The translations under genes were made by a program, and so were the position numbers. The notes beneath the pieces are model-generated. The model had not been told where the DNA came from. It searched no databases and was given only the letters and a program-made list of their open reading frames with translations. Source: an uncultured Gammaproteobacteria bacterium (GTDB taxonomy: Bacteria > Patescibacteriota > Patescibacteriia > UBA1558 > S5-K13). From it: DNA of 64,000 nucleotides. Positions 32,001 through 39,623 of the stretch are shown here, one piece after another. Every line of letters starts with the position of its first letter. The stretch's first letter is position 1. The stretch lies in contig CAZXFD010000002.1 in the NCBI GenBank assembly GCA_964640635.1, positions 179,115-243,114 on the forward strand, given 5' to 3'.

Positions 32001-32208
32001 TAAAAGCAACCGAGCCACCCTTGTTCCATAAATAAGTAGTAGCGCCAGATACTCTTTCCCAAACCCATTTACCAGCCTGCAAAACTGATTGAACAGGATC
32101 TGTAAATTGAGCATGTGCCTTTCGTGGAACAAAAAATGAAATATTAGCAGAAAAGAAAAAAACAAAAATCATTATTACTAAAGTTTGTTTTTTATTTTTT
32201 ATATTCAT
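23059..32208 (-). CDS. Giant (3049 aa) cysteine-rich protein with an N-terminal signal peptide and CBM4/9-like beta-sandwich modules
   Basis: N-terminal signal peptide (MNIKNKKQTLVIMIFVFFFSANISFFVPRKAHA). Very high Cys/Asn/Ser/Gly/Tyr content and a recurrent C-x4-6-G-C-x-x-[FY] motif (at least 9 copies, e.g. CDEKSAGCVAL, CSKDDLGCEAY, CNEKNVGCSAM). At least two segments start like CBM4/9 modules (NPSFEIDENEDMIPDGW, FEDFEPSGVFLGEVF). Confidence 0.6.
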   Translation of the reverse strand: MNIKNKKQTLVIMIFVFFFSANISFFVPRKAHAQFTDPVQSVLQAGKWVWERVSGATTYLWNKGGSVAFMRAFQSFSNQLAYKAATQIATGDAGGKPQWFTKLIVDEARLAGEAAGAEFLDNLASGYGINICQPPTMDLPINLALSLKLNLKDTDVASMKPRCSLDELKKKWGDFATQLTNPLSIISLNDSSLMDVLKTTGYDLSKFGIPTSSIVNSKLTPDQRRQLQAELLKDTISFQKSDTNFVQDAVQAAKDAVKKADADTVANITAGDSPKGKRSLITKSLIVPAELTKQELINIQKRNEDAAKLRTEDILVDSANIFLNTLVSKGLNTLIQNLMKEKAPQADLADGSGSFVGSKTGIIDEIFSTINRISMNINPRDINLIAEMEMDMGDEFMGKMNNKTIDSKFADVLRRAETEPLTTKEAIDENLLDGNKFIGYIDIGTSIRQPMLDEGYSYDNIKKLRKNRVVPVGWEFAALKVAKLNPDNYPAGCDSRGCKLVSVMEGYDKTGTFKRGNETIKDNYCGYRSVSLAPYNINITSAANCNAAGMLGVDASTIDVKWVGTGNAQGYCMKYNIDSEGVVVSKEIETAVALNNETTCNNSYEETFYHEWIYGGCVVKEKDESPFCRLVDPNWVLKAPKQQCASEGYYSALESAESPNRYKDCADVKNCLKEDDNGNCLGYGYCLKEKNIWKFRGRKCDEKSAGCVALKDDAGKEKSYILDTLKSCPPDEAGCKEYSKYKTKNAEGNYVWATTDFNYFNKNVLSCDKGNEGCSKFIEIIPGLNLVPNPSFEIDENEDMIPDGWDAPNFMTTTTEAFDGRYSILHTKGDSILKLDISNSDFNILNKGLYTLSYRVKKLRSSDVVSVTPSLILNGESITNTDANYSSGESQWEMKSGYFGVNGNSSGASIKFAVSGDVYIDAVQFELNNYDASNVSSGVGVPSMYNNYGEKGILHMKKAPSYYNCNSANPDVSCANYSKYCSKDDLGCEAYKPENGDQIVSGIVSQEDICPSECNNYQTFSQYPSYFEILESNSGIVGLENKDFISGSAKDCSPSQESCELFTNVDKANKGGEAREYYSYLRQCVKPSAVSSTIYYTWEGSDTSGFQLKTWRFLKSNKSEAPCTNVEIGATSTCSDIGLADVEGEGQCDPNTNLDCRTFYDKDAQPHNRLLSKTIPVTDSCIDLRREASDGSSVVYRAVPSMSTKCSATSVGCRRYKGNNGNNIRSVLFEDFEPSGVFLGEVFGGSKAPSNESTVYNGHSMVVYSSSGNTVSIEYNLTQNGETLIPGKRYTLDFWAKSSNDNNPNNNNHDTAQQKTKPAIEFLNLNPIKLFKAHALNVNNLDFGLMQLENNQEWLQYKYNWRDLETSASGDYILKFSITLPDDYKTFFIDNISLKEITSDFYKIKDSWVTPATCRGYLGCQKYSDRDNNPWYFHQFTNTCNEKNVGCSAMIDTQNSEMPFQQTYNAYCSNSSGGECSNGRTYYKNYSNINSGNFSSSTIVVSKDRLVYIIKERNNLCASSNKGCSAFGFKGDDGKYQDVYKINNPDNYIQDDYFGSSNKILCLSEFRDCSAFSVSGGGTIYKIHPRDKVCEYKEADASNGRAAGYYNVNDANISCEGSIYNENYNLLLSDISYIDSGIAPFGGYNNDYSVSCNSNQNKCSMFIDPTDSKDLSIEATNATHQQINFTNSGSWSSANWQNGQFENVSNLLASSVNNVLSFNISDKNTIIYKASKSNPFGFSVSENAVYRLSANVEFDGLTTDGKEYISTFLSCGPRGQDGAISYVEDSVVGGENNNPKGGVISGSIPYAFPFTKANYFIQESDNKSHQISGLYKILPGANYCNVAFYVKGKSGAVVKLKDIRFEKMEGNYYYIDNEELDKTSCSKASVKDGCVLFNNLSKSNLSSNALRSYENGSLVGINSNDPSYNNDSNELLKVVRDRECGEWDTCSSKIKTVDTEGQDKYSCVSLIGCNNLSSSGDCANYIPKNQNDKALNLEKYYSDLGSGSWSNMIYSGYSMPGAYAPHSLSTYKTTSSSMSTYNLGHIIKRGQYLYKDGISYTNPLSSIADTAGIINISSLKSCRLYPEKDSPFSWTPNNSMVLNYELNGAGSKYAIITGKDSAFANANISQPSYGALKPGESNVLNQGQSSDCSYRSVNYGMETLFYPYEGIDIPNTIETSNDGITTSTMKIKKIAKNMGWFGFCLDYDKSRFINTGYKTSYNDPSNLNYRCLSWYPVDAISGEVDSTSYAPQADIVSKLTEGATMCIVGNNYKTTEDRIYCLQTDASNQCIKLVLVPNDSMISANNIGSNTYWLTNYKTRSELNFDVQGQASIIVKDNALGGMFSGDQFGLTANANLSDSFDDIFVGSVSMPMLIYAYDIEFSNSTNIYLESCNGDWPDTPVCPTDTHQISYREWEGDHCGWTNMGHTRRMKSLSCNPRTYGYYINDSGVNPMPSRTGKCGKDCKYDPIESGDFSFGRGCLRNSSSTSVYATLVNQFGGQNTNPSGPRSFNVGLCKSQTPNEFDTSCDIVAHFEIINQLDNISHSCSIYRDPYSSTGIASYIYPSLESEIVRCFGNDINNYQDPRSPLLYNNVADCRSAEIPYSACRNIDGTRKCENRKNGCCPDGCQKNRMLPNSNNPNPLFDQDCLRFGNSDCNTCSIFNQSGTQSMLTSCANDKCLKSCKTSAILDGSVKFKANNFYLNTISIEKFTTATLPAIAIDGWREFCKDPLASDIFCPSMLSGSSSSYGISGFARNNKMILQVGPTNSASWVANSLHPSFGAAVGTSQDPIFVSGGFSSVFPGYYGNDIAQAKTNLGQLIVGIPNSNLKTFNGVEWLQDNSINWNVVGGENPVIRSVKSVSDGGGEGNEGFSINRNPAKDYVVVGKNNTNIDISFYAYAVPNQTPIREIKICWDSNSENGDCFTVAGPFKNRKPDCIRRCGVTYKQAFPSTSANTWGAECGENVLCPSGMQCFAKTWGDHEDACKEDIGDEKSYLTFSHLYSCSPMSDTWLDNCGNGRGCCKYTPYLQITDSWGKSKGTYMCGADTCSIKIYPQ

Positions 32209-32237
32209 AAATAGCCTGTCCCGCTATAACGGGATAA

Positions 32238-32969
32238 TTATTGATTTTTTGATGCTTCTTCATTTAATGTCTGAATGTAAACACTTTGTATTTCTTCATC
32301 TGAAAACTTCGACAAGTCACTTTCGGTTGCACCTTGACTTATCAAAAGTTGTTTAATTTCTTGAATTGACAAGTTCTTTAATTTCTCTAATTCAGAAGAT
32401 GCAGTATTTGTATTTTCGATTTCACTACCAGATGGAGTAATTTGATCTATAATTTCTTGTGAATACCCAGCCTCAAGTAATTGTTTTTTTATATCATCAT
32501 AATTTATAGCTTCACCAAAAATACTTGAGCTAGCAGAAATTACAGATAAATTTGCAGACGCATTACAAGATAAAATATCTGTACAATTATTTCCCTTACC
32601 TAAAATTACTTCATCATAATCAGATATATCATTACTATTTGTATCCGCCAAATAAGGACTTGTTCCATAAATATTCATTTCATCGGTATCAGATAATCCA
32701 TCACCATCGGTATCCTTGAGACTGTTTAAGCCTTCTATAATATAGGACTTATCACTAAGAGATATTTGAGAGGAGACAAATGAATTTTTTATTCCATATA
32801 TCATTTTCCAAGAACCTAGTAAAATAGACATAATTCCTATAACAAAAATAATTTTTACCCCCACTGAGTCTCTAGAAAAATATTTAAAAATTTTAACCAA
32901 AAAACCATCTTTTATTTCAAGAATACTTTGATCATTTTCAGCATATCTTTGTTCTCTATCAAGACCCAT
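32238..32969 (-). CDS. Membrane-anchored protein with a thrombospondin type-3-like Ca-binding repeat; first gene of the giant-protein operon
   Basis: One TM helix (IIFVIGIMSILLGSW), DTDGDGLSDTDEMNIYGTSPYLADTNSNDISDYDE repeat, and an acidic C-terminus. It lies 30 nt upstream of the giant gene. Confidence 0.45.
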   Translation of the reverse strand: MGLDREQRYAENDQSILEIKDGFLVKIFKYFSRDSVGVKIIFVIGIMSILLGSWKMIYGIKNSFVSSQISLSDKSYIIEGLNSLKDTDGDGLSDTDEMNIYGTSPYLADTNSNDISDYDEVILGKGNNCTDILSCNASANLSVISASSSIFGEAINYDDIKKQLLEAGYSQEIIDQITPSGSEIENTNTASSELEKLKNLSIQEIKQLLISQGATESDLSKFSDEEIQSVYIQTLNEEASKNQ

Positions 32970-33053
32970 AAATAAAATATTGGGAGATAAAAATCTTTAA
33001 CTTAATTATACTAATTTTTGTAAATTTGGTCAAAGAAATTTAATATAAAAAAT

Positions 33054-33890
33054 CTATTTTACTTTTAGAAGTTGCAATATAGCATTATCTAGTTTATACC
33101 AATCATCAATATTTAATTTTTCTGCTCTTATATCTTTAGAAAATCCAACATCTTCAACTAATTTTTCCATTACCAGTTTATCTATTTTTAAACCTGCACT
33201 CAAATTATTTACCAACGTTCTTCTTTTACTAGAAAATGCAAAATTTATCAGCTTCCAGTCTAATTCTTTTTTTGGCTTTTTTATATCATCAAAAATAATT
33301 ATAGCTGAATCAACCTTAGGAGGAGGGTAAAAACTATTTTTTGAAACTACAAAGGCGAGCCTTGGCTTTGCATAGTAATTACACATAAGAGATAACTTTG
33401 ACCATTTTCCATCACGCACAATAATGCGCTCTACAACCTCTTTCTGTAACATAAGTATCATTTGTTTAGGTCTAAAATTTCCTTCCAAAAATACTCTCAA
33501 AAAATGAGAACTAATATTATATGGTAAATTTGCAATTATTCTATAATCTGAGACAAAATCATGCCCCACTTCTTTTTCTAAATAAATTTTTAACACATCT
33601 CCTTTTATGATTTGAAAATCACCATAGACACTCTTGAGATTTTCTAATATTGTAACCATTGTATCATCAAGCTCTATCGCCTTTAAATTAACTCCGCCAT
33701 TTAATAATTCCCTACTAAGAGTTCCTATCCCAGGACCAATTTCTAAAACGTTTTCATTTTTTTTTAATTTGGCAACTTCAATAATCTGATTCAATATTTT
33801 TTCTGATACCAAAAAATTTTGTCCCTTCGAATATGATGGAAAAATTTTGTATTTTTTCAAAACTAATTTTGTTGTTTCTAATAATTCCAT
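33054..33890 (-). CDS. rsmA: 16S rRNA (adenine1518/1519-N6)-dimethyltransferase
   Basis: SKGQNFL...VLEIGPGIGTLS SAM-binding motif and IANLPYNISS motif; 278 aa. Confidence 0.85.
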   Translation of the reverse strand: MELLETTKLVLKKYKIFPSYSKGQNFLVSEKILNQIIEVAKLKKNENVLEIGPGIGTLSRELLNGGVNLKAIELDDTMVTILENLKSVYGDFQIIKGDVLKIYLEKEVGHDFVSDYRIIANLPYNISSHFLRVFLEGNFRPKQMILMLQKEVVERIIVRDGKWSKLSLMCNYYAKPRLAFVVSKNSFYPPPKVDSAIIIFDDIKKPKKELDWKLINFAFSSKRRTLVNNLSAGLKIDKLVMEKLVEDVGFSKDIRAEKLNIDDWYKLDNAILQLLKVK

Positions 33891-34011
33891 AACAAATCAA
33901 TGATCAATACACGATAATCAAATCACAGATAATAATCAATGTGCAATTTTTAATTTTCGATTATTGATTATTAGAATCTATCTGATTATTGGAACTTGTT
34001 TATTATTTATT

Positions 34012-35214
34012 TTACAGGGTTGCATAAAAAAGTGCCATCACAGCTGAAAACATAAAGCTTGCTGCAAAAAAACTATTTAAAGATGTAAACAAAAGTGCAA
34101 AAATAAACATAACAGAACATGCAAAAACTTTTCCAAGTATAAGACCCCCTTCAAAATTAACACAATCCTCCATTATACTATTATCATTTTCATCATTTTT
34201 GTCTCTATATGATTCTCTTGCATTTTCATATACGAAAGCTCTCATAGAGACATCCACTCCTGATTTTGCAGTTTTTGCAACCGTATCAAATGCAAATATT
34301 GGCGCAATTGTGCGTGCAAAAATTTTTGCTATCCAAGTAAAAGAATAAAAAAATGCACTGAGCCTAAGAACAATTTTTTTATCCCTCTTATCACATATCT
34401 TTCCTATATAAAGCGTTGCTAAAAGCATTATCATGGTAGATATTCCAGACAAAATACCAATCTTCTCATAACTTACTATAGCAATAGACATAAATATTGG
34501 CCAAAATACCCATAACACAAGTTCCTCTGCATAACCCAGTGTAGACAATAATTTTCTTAAATTCGTTTTTGCAAATAATTTTTTAAACATTATAGAATAC
34601 TTAAAATTTCTTTTTGTAAATTTTTCTCTCGTGAGAAGCATTGGTATGTTTGAAAAGAAAAATAATAATGATGAAACAAGAAATAAAACATTAAATCCAA
34701 AAAAAGTAATAATAAGCCCTCCAAATACTGGCCCAAAAACAAACATCAAAGACGATGAAATAGAAAACGAGCTAATTTCTCTCCCCTCTTCTTTGTTTGT
34801 AGAATTATGTGCGAAGTCAGCGTGATATGCTGGCCAATAAAACATTTTTTGTATTACATACAACAAAATAGCCACAATAAACATAAAGCTAAATTTGTTT
34901 ATAAAGAACAATGACAAATAAAATGGAACATACAAAGAACTTCCTATAAACATCCCTGTTTCATATCCATGTTTATTTGCAAATTTAGCACCCAGTGGAA
35001 GTGCAAAAAAATAAAAAACATAAACTAACAAATAAAAAAGTGCTATCTGGGAAATTGAATATCCTATTTTATAAAGATAAATTGGTTCAAAAATCTGAAC
35101 CATTGCAAGAGCCAAATTTATAATAATATTTGAAACAAAAAGTTCTTTTTTTTGCCTTCTCATTCTATATGGCAAAAAGTTACGTAAGAATTTAATAATT
35201 TTTTGTTTTGTCAC
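34012..35214 (-). CDS. MFS-type transporter (about 12 TM helices)
   Basis: 400-aa polytopic protein with MFS-like topology and a G-x-x-x-D/R-type loop. Weak family assignment. Confidence 0.45.
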   Translation of the reverse strand: MTKQKIIKFLRNFLPYRMRRQKKELFVSNIIINLALAMVQIFEPIYLYKIGYSISQIALFYLLVYVFYFFALPLGAKFANKHGYETGMFIGSSLYVPFYLSLFFINKFSFMFIVAILLYVIQKMFYWPAYHADFAHNSTNKEEGREISSFSISSSLMFVFGPVFGGLIITFFGFNVLFLVSSLLFFFSNIPMLLTREKFTKRNFKYSIMFKKLFAKTNLRKLLSTLGYAEELVLWVFWPIFMSIAIVSYEKIGILSGISTMIMLLATLYIGKICDKRDKKIVLRLSAFFYSFTWIAKIFARTIAPIFAFDTVAKTAKSGVDVSMRAFVYENARESYRDKNDENDNSIMEDCVNFEGGLILGKVFACSVMFIFALLFTSLNSFFAASFMFSAVMALFYATL

Positions 35215-35270
35215 TTTATTTTTATTTTTATCAATTAAATACTAAAACCCTAAACACTAAATACCAAACA

Positions 35271-37664
35271 CTATCTAACTATTATATTGCAAATCCTACC
35301 TTTCACATAAATAAATTTTGAAATTTCTTTATCATCAATATATTTCTTAATCTTTTCTTGAGACAAAACTAGCACTTTCAAATCCTCTTCACTAATTTCA
35401 GTATCAATTTCAATCATATCACGAAATTTTCCGTTTACTTGTATTGGTAAATTAATTTTTTCATCTTTTGCTAATTTTTCATCATACTTTGGCCAGGATT
35501 GTTTTTCTATAAATTCCTTATTACCCAATTTTTCCCAAATCTCACTTGATATATGTGGTGCAAAACAAGAAAGCATTATTAAAAATGGATCAATATAAGC
35601 ACGTGACAATTTTTGATTTTTAGAAAGTTCTCTAAAATAAATCATTAATGTACTTATTCCCGTATTGAATCTAAAATTTTCTATATCAGAGCCAACTTTT
35701 TCTATTGTTTTATGAAGTAATGATAAAAGTTCATCATTTGAATCTTTTCCGTATTTAAAATTTTCAAAATATTGAAATATTTTATCTAAAAATCTACGTT
35801 GTCCCCTAATTCCATCTGTAGACCATGGCTTAGAATCAACAAGTGGCCCCATAAACATTTCATATAATCTAAAACTATCTGCACCAAACTCATTTATGAC
35901 TTCATCTGGATTTACAACATTTCCACGAGACTTGGACATTTTTTGACCATCACTTCCCATGATAAGACCTTGATTTATGAGCTTCAAAAATGGCTCACCG
36001 AAATCTATGTATTTATTATCCCGTAAAACCTTTGTAAAAAATCTTGAATATATCAAGTGTCCTACGGCATGCTCTGCCCCTCCTACATAACAATCTATTG
36101 GCATATAAGATTTTATATTTTCTTTGGAACAAAACTCTTTTTCATTTTTTGGATCTAAATATCTATAATAATACCAAGAATTATCAACGAATCCGTCCAT
36201 TGTATCACACTCTCTTCTAGCATCAGCGCCACAAATGGGACACTTTACATGACCGAAACTAGGCGATGATTCAAGTGGAGATTTTCCAGTTGGTCTAAAA
36301 TCATTTATATCTTCTGGTAACAAAACTGGCAAATCGTTCTCTGGCACTGGAACTGTTCCGCAAACATCACAATATATAATAGGAATTGGTGCTCCCCAAT
36401 AACGCTGACGAGAAACAAGCCAATCTCTTATTTTGTATTGTGTTGTAAGCTGTCCATTTACTTTTTTTGTAATTTCTATTTTTGCAAGCTCGCTTTCCAT
36501 TCCATCAAACTCTTGTGAATTTATCATGACCCCAGAAGACTCAATAACCTCATTTCCCTCATCATTATCTGATTCAATTACCTTTATAATTGGCAAATTA
36601 AATTTATTTGCAAATTCAAAATCTCTTTCATCGTGAGCTGGAACACACATTATAGCTCCCGTTCCATAAGAAGATAAAACATAATCAGAAATATATATAG
36701 GTATCTCTTTTTGATTTACTGGATTTATTGCAAATACACCCTTCAACAAAACCCCTGTCTTATTTTTATTTAATTCTGTTCTCTCTAATTCTGATTTTTT
36801 CTTAGTCCTTTCTATATATAACGAAACTTCATCAAAATTTTCTATGACATCTTTTAATTCATTAACCAATTTATGCTCAGGTGCAAGTACCATATATGTA
36901 GCGCCATATAAAGTATCTGGTCTTGTAGTAAACACTTCAATTGGAAATTGGAAATTAGAAATTGGAAATTTAATAATCGCACCACTCGATTTTCCAATCC
37001 AATTTCTTTGCATTGTCTTAAGTGCTTCTGGCCAATCAAGTTCATCTAACCCACTTAAAAGCTCTTCTGCATAAGATGTTACCTTAAAAAACCATTGCTC
37101 TAAATCTTTTTTTATTACATCGCTAGAACATCTTTCGCACTTTGAATCTACCACCTGTTCATTTGCCAAAACTGTTTTACAAGAATCACACCAATTTACT
37201 GGAGCCTTTTTCTTATATGCTAAACCATTTTTATAAAGCAAAATAAAAAACCACTGACTCCATTTATAATATTCTGGACTAGACGTATTTATTTCTCTAT
37301 CCCAATCATAAGAAAATCCGAAACTTTTGACCTGCCTTGTAAAATTTTCTATGTTTTTGTTTGTGCTAATTTTTGGATGCACCCCCATTTTTATGGCGTA
37401 GTTTTCTGCTGGAAGACCAAAAGCATCCCAACCTATTGGATGCATAACATCAAAGCCACTAAAACGAAGATACCTACAATAAATATCTGTAGCTGTATAA
37501 CCTTCTGGATGACCAACGTGAAGACCAGCGCCACTAGGATATGGAAACATATCTAAAACATATTTTTTATTCTTAGGCTTTAAAGAAGACTTAAAAATAT
37601 CAGCATCACCCCATTTCTTCTGCCATTTTTGTTCTATTTGTTTATGATCGTAATTTAAGTTCAT
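35271..37664 (-). CDS. leuS: Leucyl-tRNA synthetase
   Basis: MFPYPSGAGLHVGHPEGY (HIGH-type motif), KMSKSRGN, CP1 editing region; 797 aa. Confidence 0.9.
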   Translation of the reverse strand: MNLNYDHKQIEQKWQKKWGDADIFKSSLKPKNKKYVLDMFPYPSGAGLHVGHPEGYTATDIYCRYLRFSGFDVMHPIGWDAFGLPAENYAIKMGVHPKISTNKNIENFTRQVKSFGFSYDWDREINTSSPEYYKWSQWFFILLYKNGLAYKKKAPVNWCDSCKTVLANEQVVDSKCERCSSDVIKKDLEQWFFKVTSYAEELLSGLDELDWPEALKTMQRNWIGKSSGAIIKFPISNFQFPIEVFTTRPDTLYGATYMVLAPEHKLVNELKDVIENFDEVSLYIERTKKKSELERTELNKNKTGVLLKGVFAINPVNQKEIPIYISDYVLSSYGTGAIMCVPAHDERDFEFANKFNLPIIKVIESDNDEGNEVIESSGVMINSQEFDGMESELAKIEITKKVNGQLTTQYKIRDWLVSRQRYWGAPIPIIYCDVCGTVPVPENDLPVLLPEDINDFRPTGKSPLESSPSFGHVKCPICGADARRECDTMDGFVDNSWYYYRYLDPKNEKEFCSKENIKSYMPIDCYVGGAEHAVGHLIYSRFFTKVLRDNKYIDFGEPFLKLINQGLIMGSDGQKMSKSRGNVVNPDEVINEFGADSFRLYEMFMGPLVDSKPWSTDGIRGQRRFLDKIFQYFENFKYGKDSNDELLSLLHKTIEKVGSDIENFRFNTGISTLMIYFRELSKNQKLSRAYIDPFLIMLSCFAPHISSEIWEKLGNKEFIEKQSWPKYDEKLAKDEKINLPIQVNGKFRDMIEIDTEISEEDLKVLVLSQEKIKKYIDDKEISKFIYVKGRICNIIVR

Positions 37665-37703
37665 GTTTTAGATTATTGATTATTGATTATTTTATCATTT
37701 TTC

Positions 37704-37779
37704 TAATCCTCTCCCGCAAAGTGGGATCCCGCAACAATTATAAAATATATGGGGGCGGGGCTAACCTCCTAGCCTAACC
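37704..37779 (+). repeat. GC-rich structured intergenic repeat (family member 1)
   Basis: tcctctcccgcaaagtgggatcccgcaacaattataaaatatatgggggcggggctaacctcc is nearly identical to 46001..46078. Confidence 0.75.
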
Positions 37780-38028
37780 CAATATTATCATTTTTACCTT
37801 AGTTATTCAATGTTAAAATGATTTTATAAATTTAAAATACCAAATTTGTCAATTGACCAAAGTGATAATATATTTTATCATAAAATTACGTATAAAAAAT
37901 AAAAAAAGACTATTTCTAAAATAAAAAAACATTTAATTCTTTTCTTTATATACACTGGAAAAACACTAAAATACATAGGTATTTATACTTTTAGGTCTAT
38001 AAAAGTACCGTTTTTCTTAATATTTTGG

Positions 38029-39270
38029 TTGTCAAAAAAGATTTTAAAAGACCCTATTTTATCTATTTATCACTTTTTATTAAAAATAAAGATAAAAAAC
38101 AAAAAAGAGAATAGCCAAGATTTTCATCCTCTTGCAAATAATAGAAAAAAACAAAAGAGCAATCTTCAATATATACTATTTATTACTTTTGCTATTTTTG
38201 TAATAAGCAATAACTTGTTTGCAAAAACAATACCCCCAGAAGAATTTGGCCAAAAATCAATACTCTCAAAAATTATTCCGCCGCAACAAAATGATTTTAT
38301 AGTTGGGGAAGAACTTATTGAAGAAAGAGGCAGTGCAATAATTAATCAAACGACAAATAGTGATCAGCTCGTGTATTATCCTGGATTTCAAGGGCAAGGA
38401 GATCCAGACATAACTAGTGGTGAAACAATAATCCAAACAACAAATGATGGAACAACTCTTATTGCAAGAAATGTAGCGAATACTCAACTAGGAAATGCTA
38501 TAAATAGAAATGAAATAACTCAGTATACTATTTTAGATGGTGATACAGTTTCTGGTATAGCACATAAATTTAATGTTTCTGTTGCAACCATTCTTTGGAG
38601 TAATAATCTTACAGAAAGAAGCCTTCTAAAACCTGGAATGACTCTAAAAATTCTTCCAACAACTGGAATATTACATAAAGTTGCGCGTGGAGAAACAATT
38701 GCCGCAATTGCAAAAAAATATAAAGCAGATGCTCAAAAAATATTAGATACAAATAGCCTTGCTAGCGCAAATCAAATAAAAATTGGACAAGAACTCATAA
38801 TTCCAGATGGTATAAGGCCAGCAAGTATAACAAATATTGTTACAAAAACAACGACCGCTGGAAAAACTACAGTTTCTAAAACATCTCTTAGTCCAACAAA
38901 TCCAAACACTGGCACAAAATTGTTATGGCCAGCGGGTGTAAGAAGAATTTCTCAATACTATGGATGGAGACATACTGGAGTAGATATAGCGGGTCCTATT
39001 GGAACACCAATTTATGCTGCCGAAGATGGGGTTGTTGAAACAGCTGGATGGAATAGTGGTGGCTATGGAAATTATATTATTATAAATCATGGGGGTGGCC
39101 TTAGAACGCTATATGGTCATGCATCTAAACTATTCGTCGGTCGTGGAGAAAAGGTAACTCGTGGACAAGTAATTATGGCAATGGGTTCAACTGGTAGATC
39201 TACTGGATCACATTTGCATTTTGAAGTAAGAATTAATGGATTCAAAAATCCTCTTAGTTATATAAGATAA
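38029..39270 (+). CDS. Cell-wall hydrolase with two LysM domains and a C-terminal M23 (LytM-type) peptidase domain
   Basis: Two LysM-like segments (YTILDGDTVSGIAHKFNVSVATILWSNNL; HKVARGETIAAIAKKYKADAQKILDTNSL). M23 motifs HTGVDIA...GSTGRSTGSHLHFEVR. N-terminal TM anchor. Confidence 0.8.
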   Translation: MSKKILKDPILSIYHFLLKIKIKNKKENSQDFHPLANNRKKQKSNLQYILFITFAIFVISNNLFAKTIPPEEFGQKSILSKIIPPQQNDFIVGEELIEERGSAIINQTTNSDQLVYYPGFQGQGDPDITSGETIIQTTNDGTTLIARNVANTQLGNAINRNEITQYTILDGDTVSGIAHKFNVSVATILWSNNLTERSLLKPGMTLKILPTTGILHKVARGETIAAIAKKYKADAQKILDTNSLASANQIKIGQELIIPDGIRPASITNIVTKTTTAGKTTVSKTSLSPTNPNTGTKLLWPAGVRRISQYYGWRHTGVDIAGPIGTPIYAAEDGVVETAGWNSGGYGNYIIINHGGGLRTLYGHASKLFVGRGEKVTRGQVIMAMGSTGRSTGSHLHFEVRINGFKNPLSYIR

Positions 39271-39340
39271 AGAACTGGTCTAATCCATTCCATCATAGTT
39301 TTACAAACAAAAAAACCTCCAAATAAATTGAAGATTAAAG

Positions 39341-39416
39341 TGGTACGCTGTGCAGGATTCGAACCTGCGACCGTTTGCTTAAGAGGCAACTGCTCTACCA
39401 ACTGAGCTAACAGCGC
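39341..39416 (-). tRNA. tRNA-Lys (anticodon CUU)
   Basis: Reverse complement GCGCTGTTAGCTCAGTTGGTAGAGCAGTTGCCTCTTAAGCAAACGGTCGCAGGTTCGAATCCTGCACAGCGTACCA shows cloverleaf arms, anticodon loop CT-CTT-AA, GTTCGAATC T-loop and encoded CCA. Confidence 0.8.
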
Positions 39417-39502
39417 ATAACTTGGTAATTAATTTTCAAAACATTATGCTTAGTAAAATTCCAACTGTCGTAGTGTAGTGAAGACCTTAAGCGACAGCCG
39501 AA

Positions 39503-39545
39503 AGGTCGAAGTGAAACGGAGATCCCGCAGAATAAAATGATTGCG
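39503..39545 (+). repeat. GC-rich hairpin repeat (short family member), followed by a 15-nt duplicate of the tRNA-Lys 5' end
   Basis: ggagatcccgcagaataaaatgattgcgggaagctaa (stem tcccgca/tgcggga). The gctaacagcgcataa at 39545..39559 duplicates 39406..39420. Confidence 0.6.
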
Positions 39546-39623
39546 GGAAGCTAACAGCGCATAATAATTAATTTATATAAAGAATAGCATATTTACTATA
39601 AAAATCAATAACAAATTACCCAA

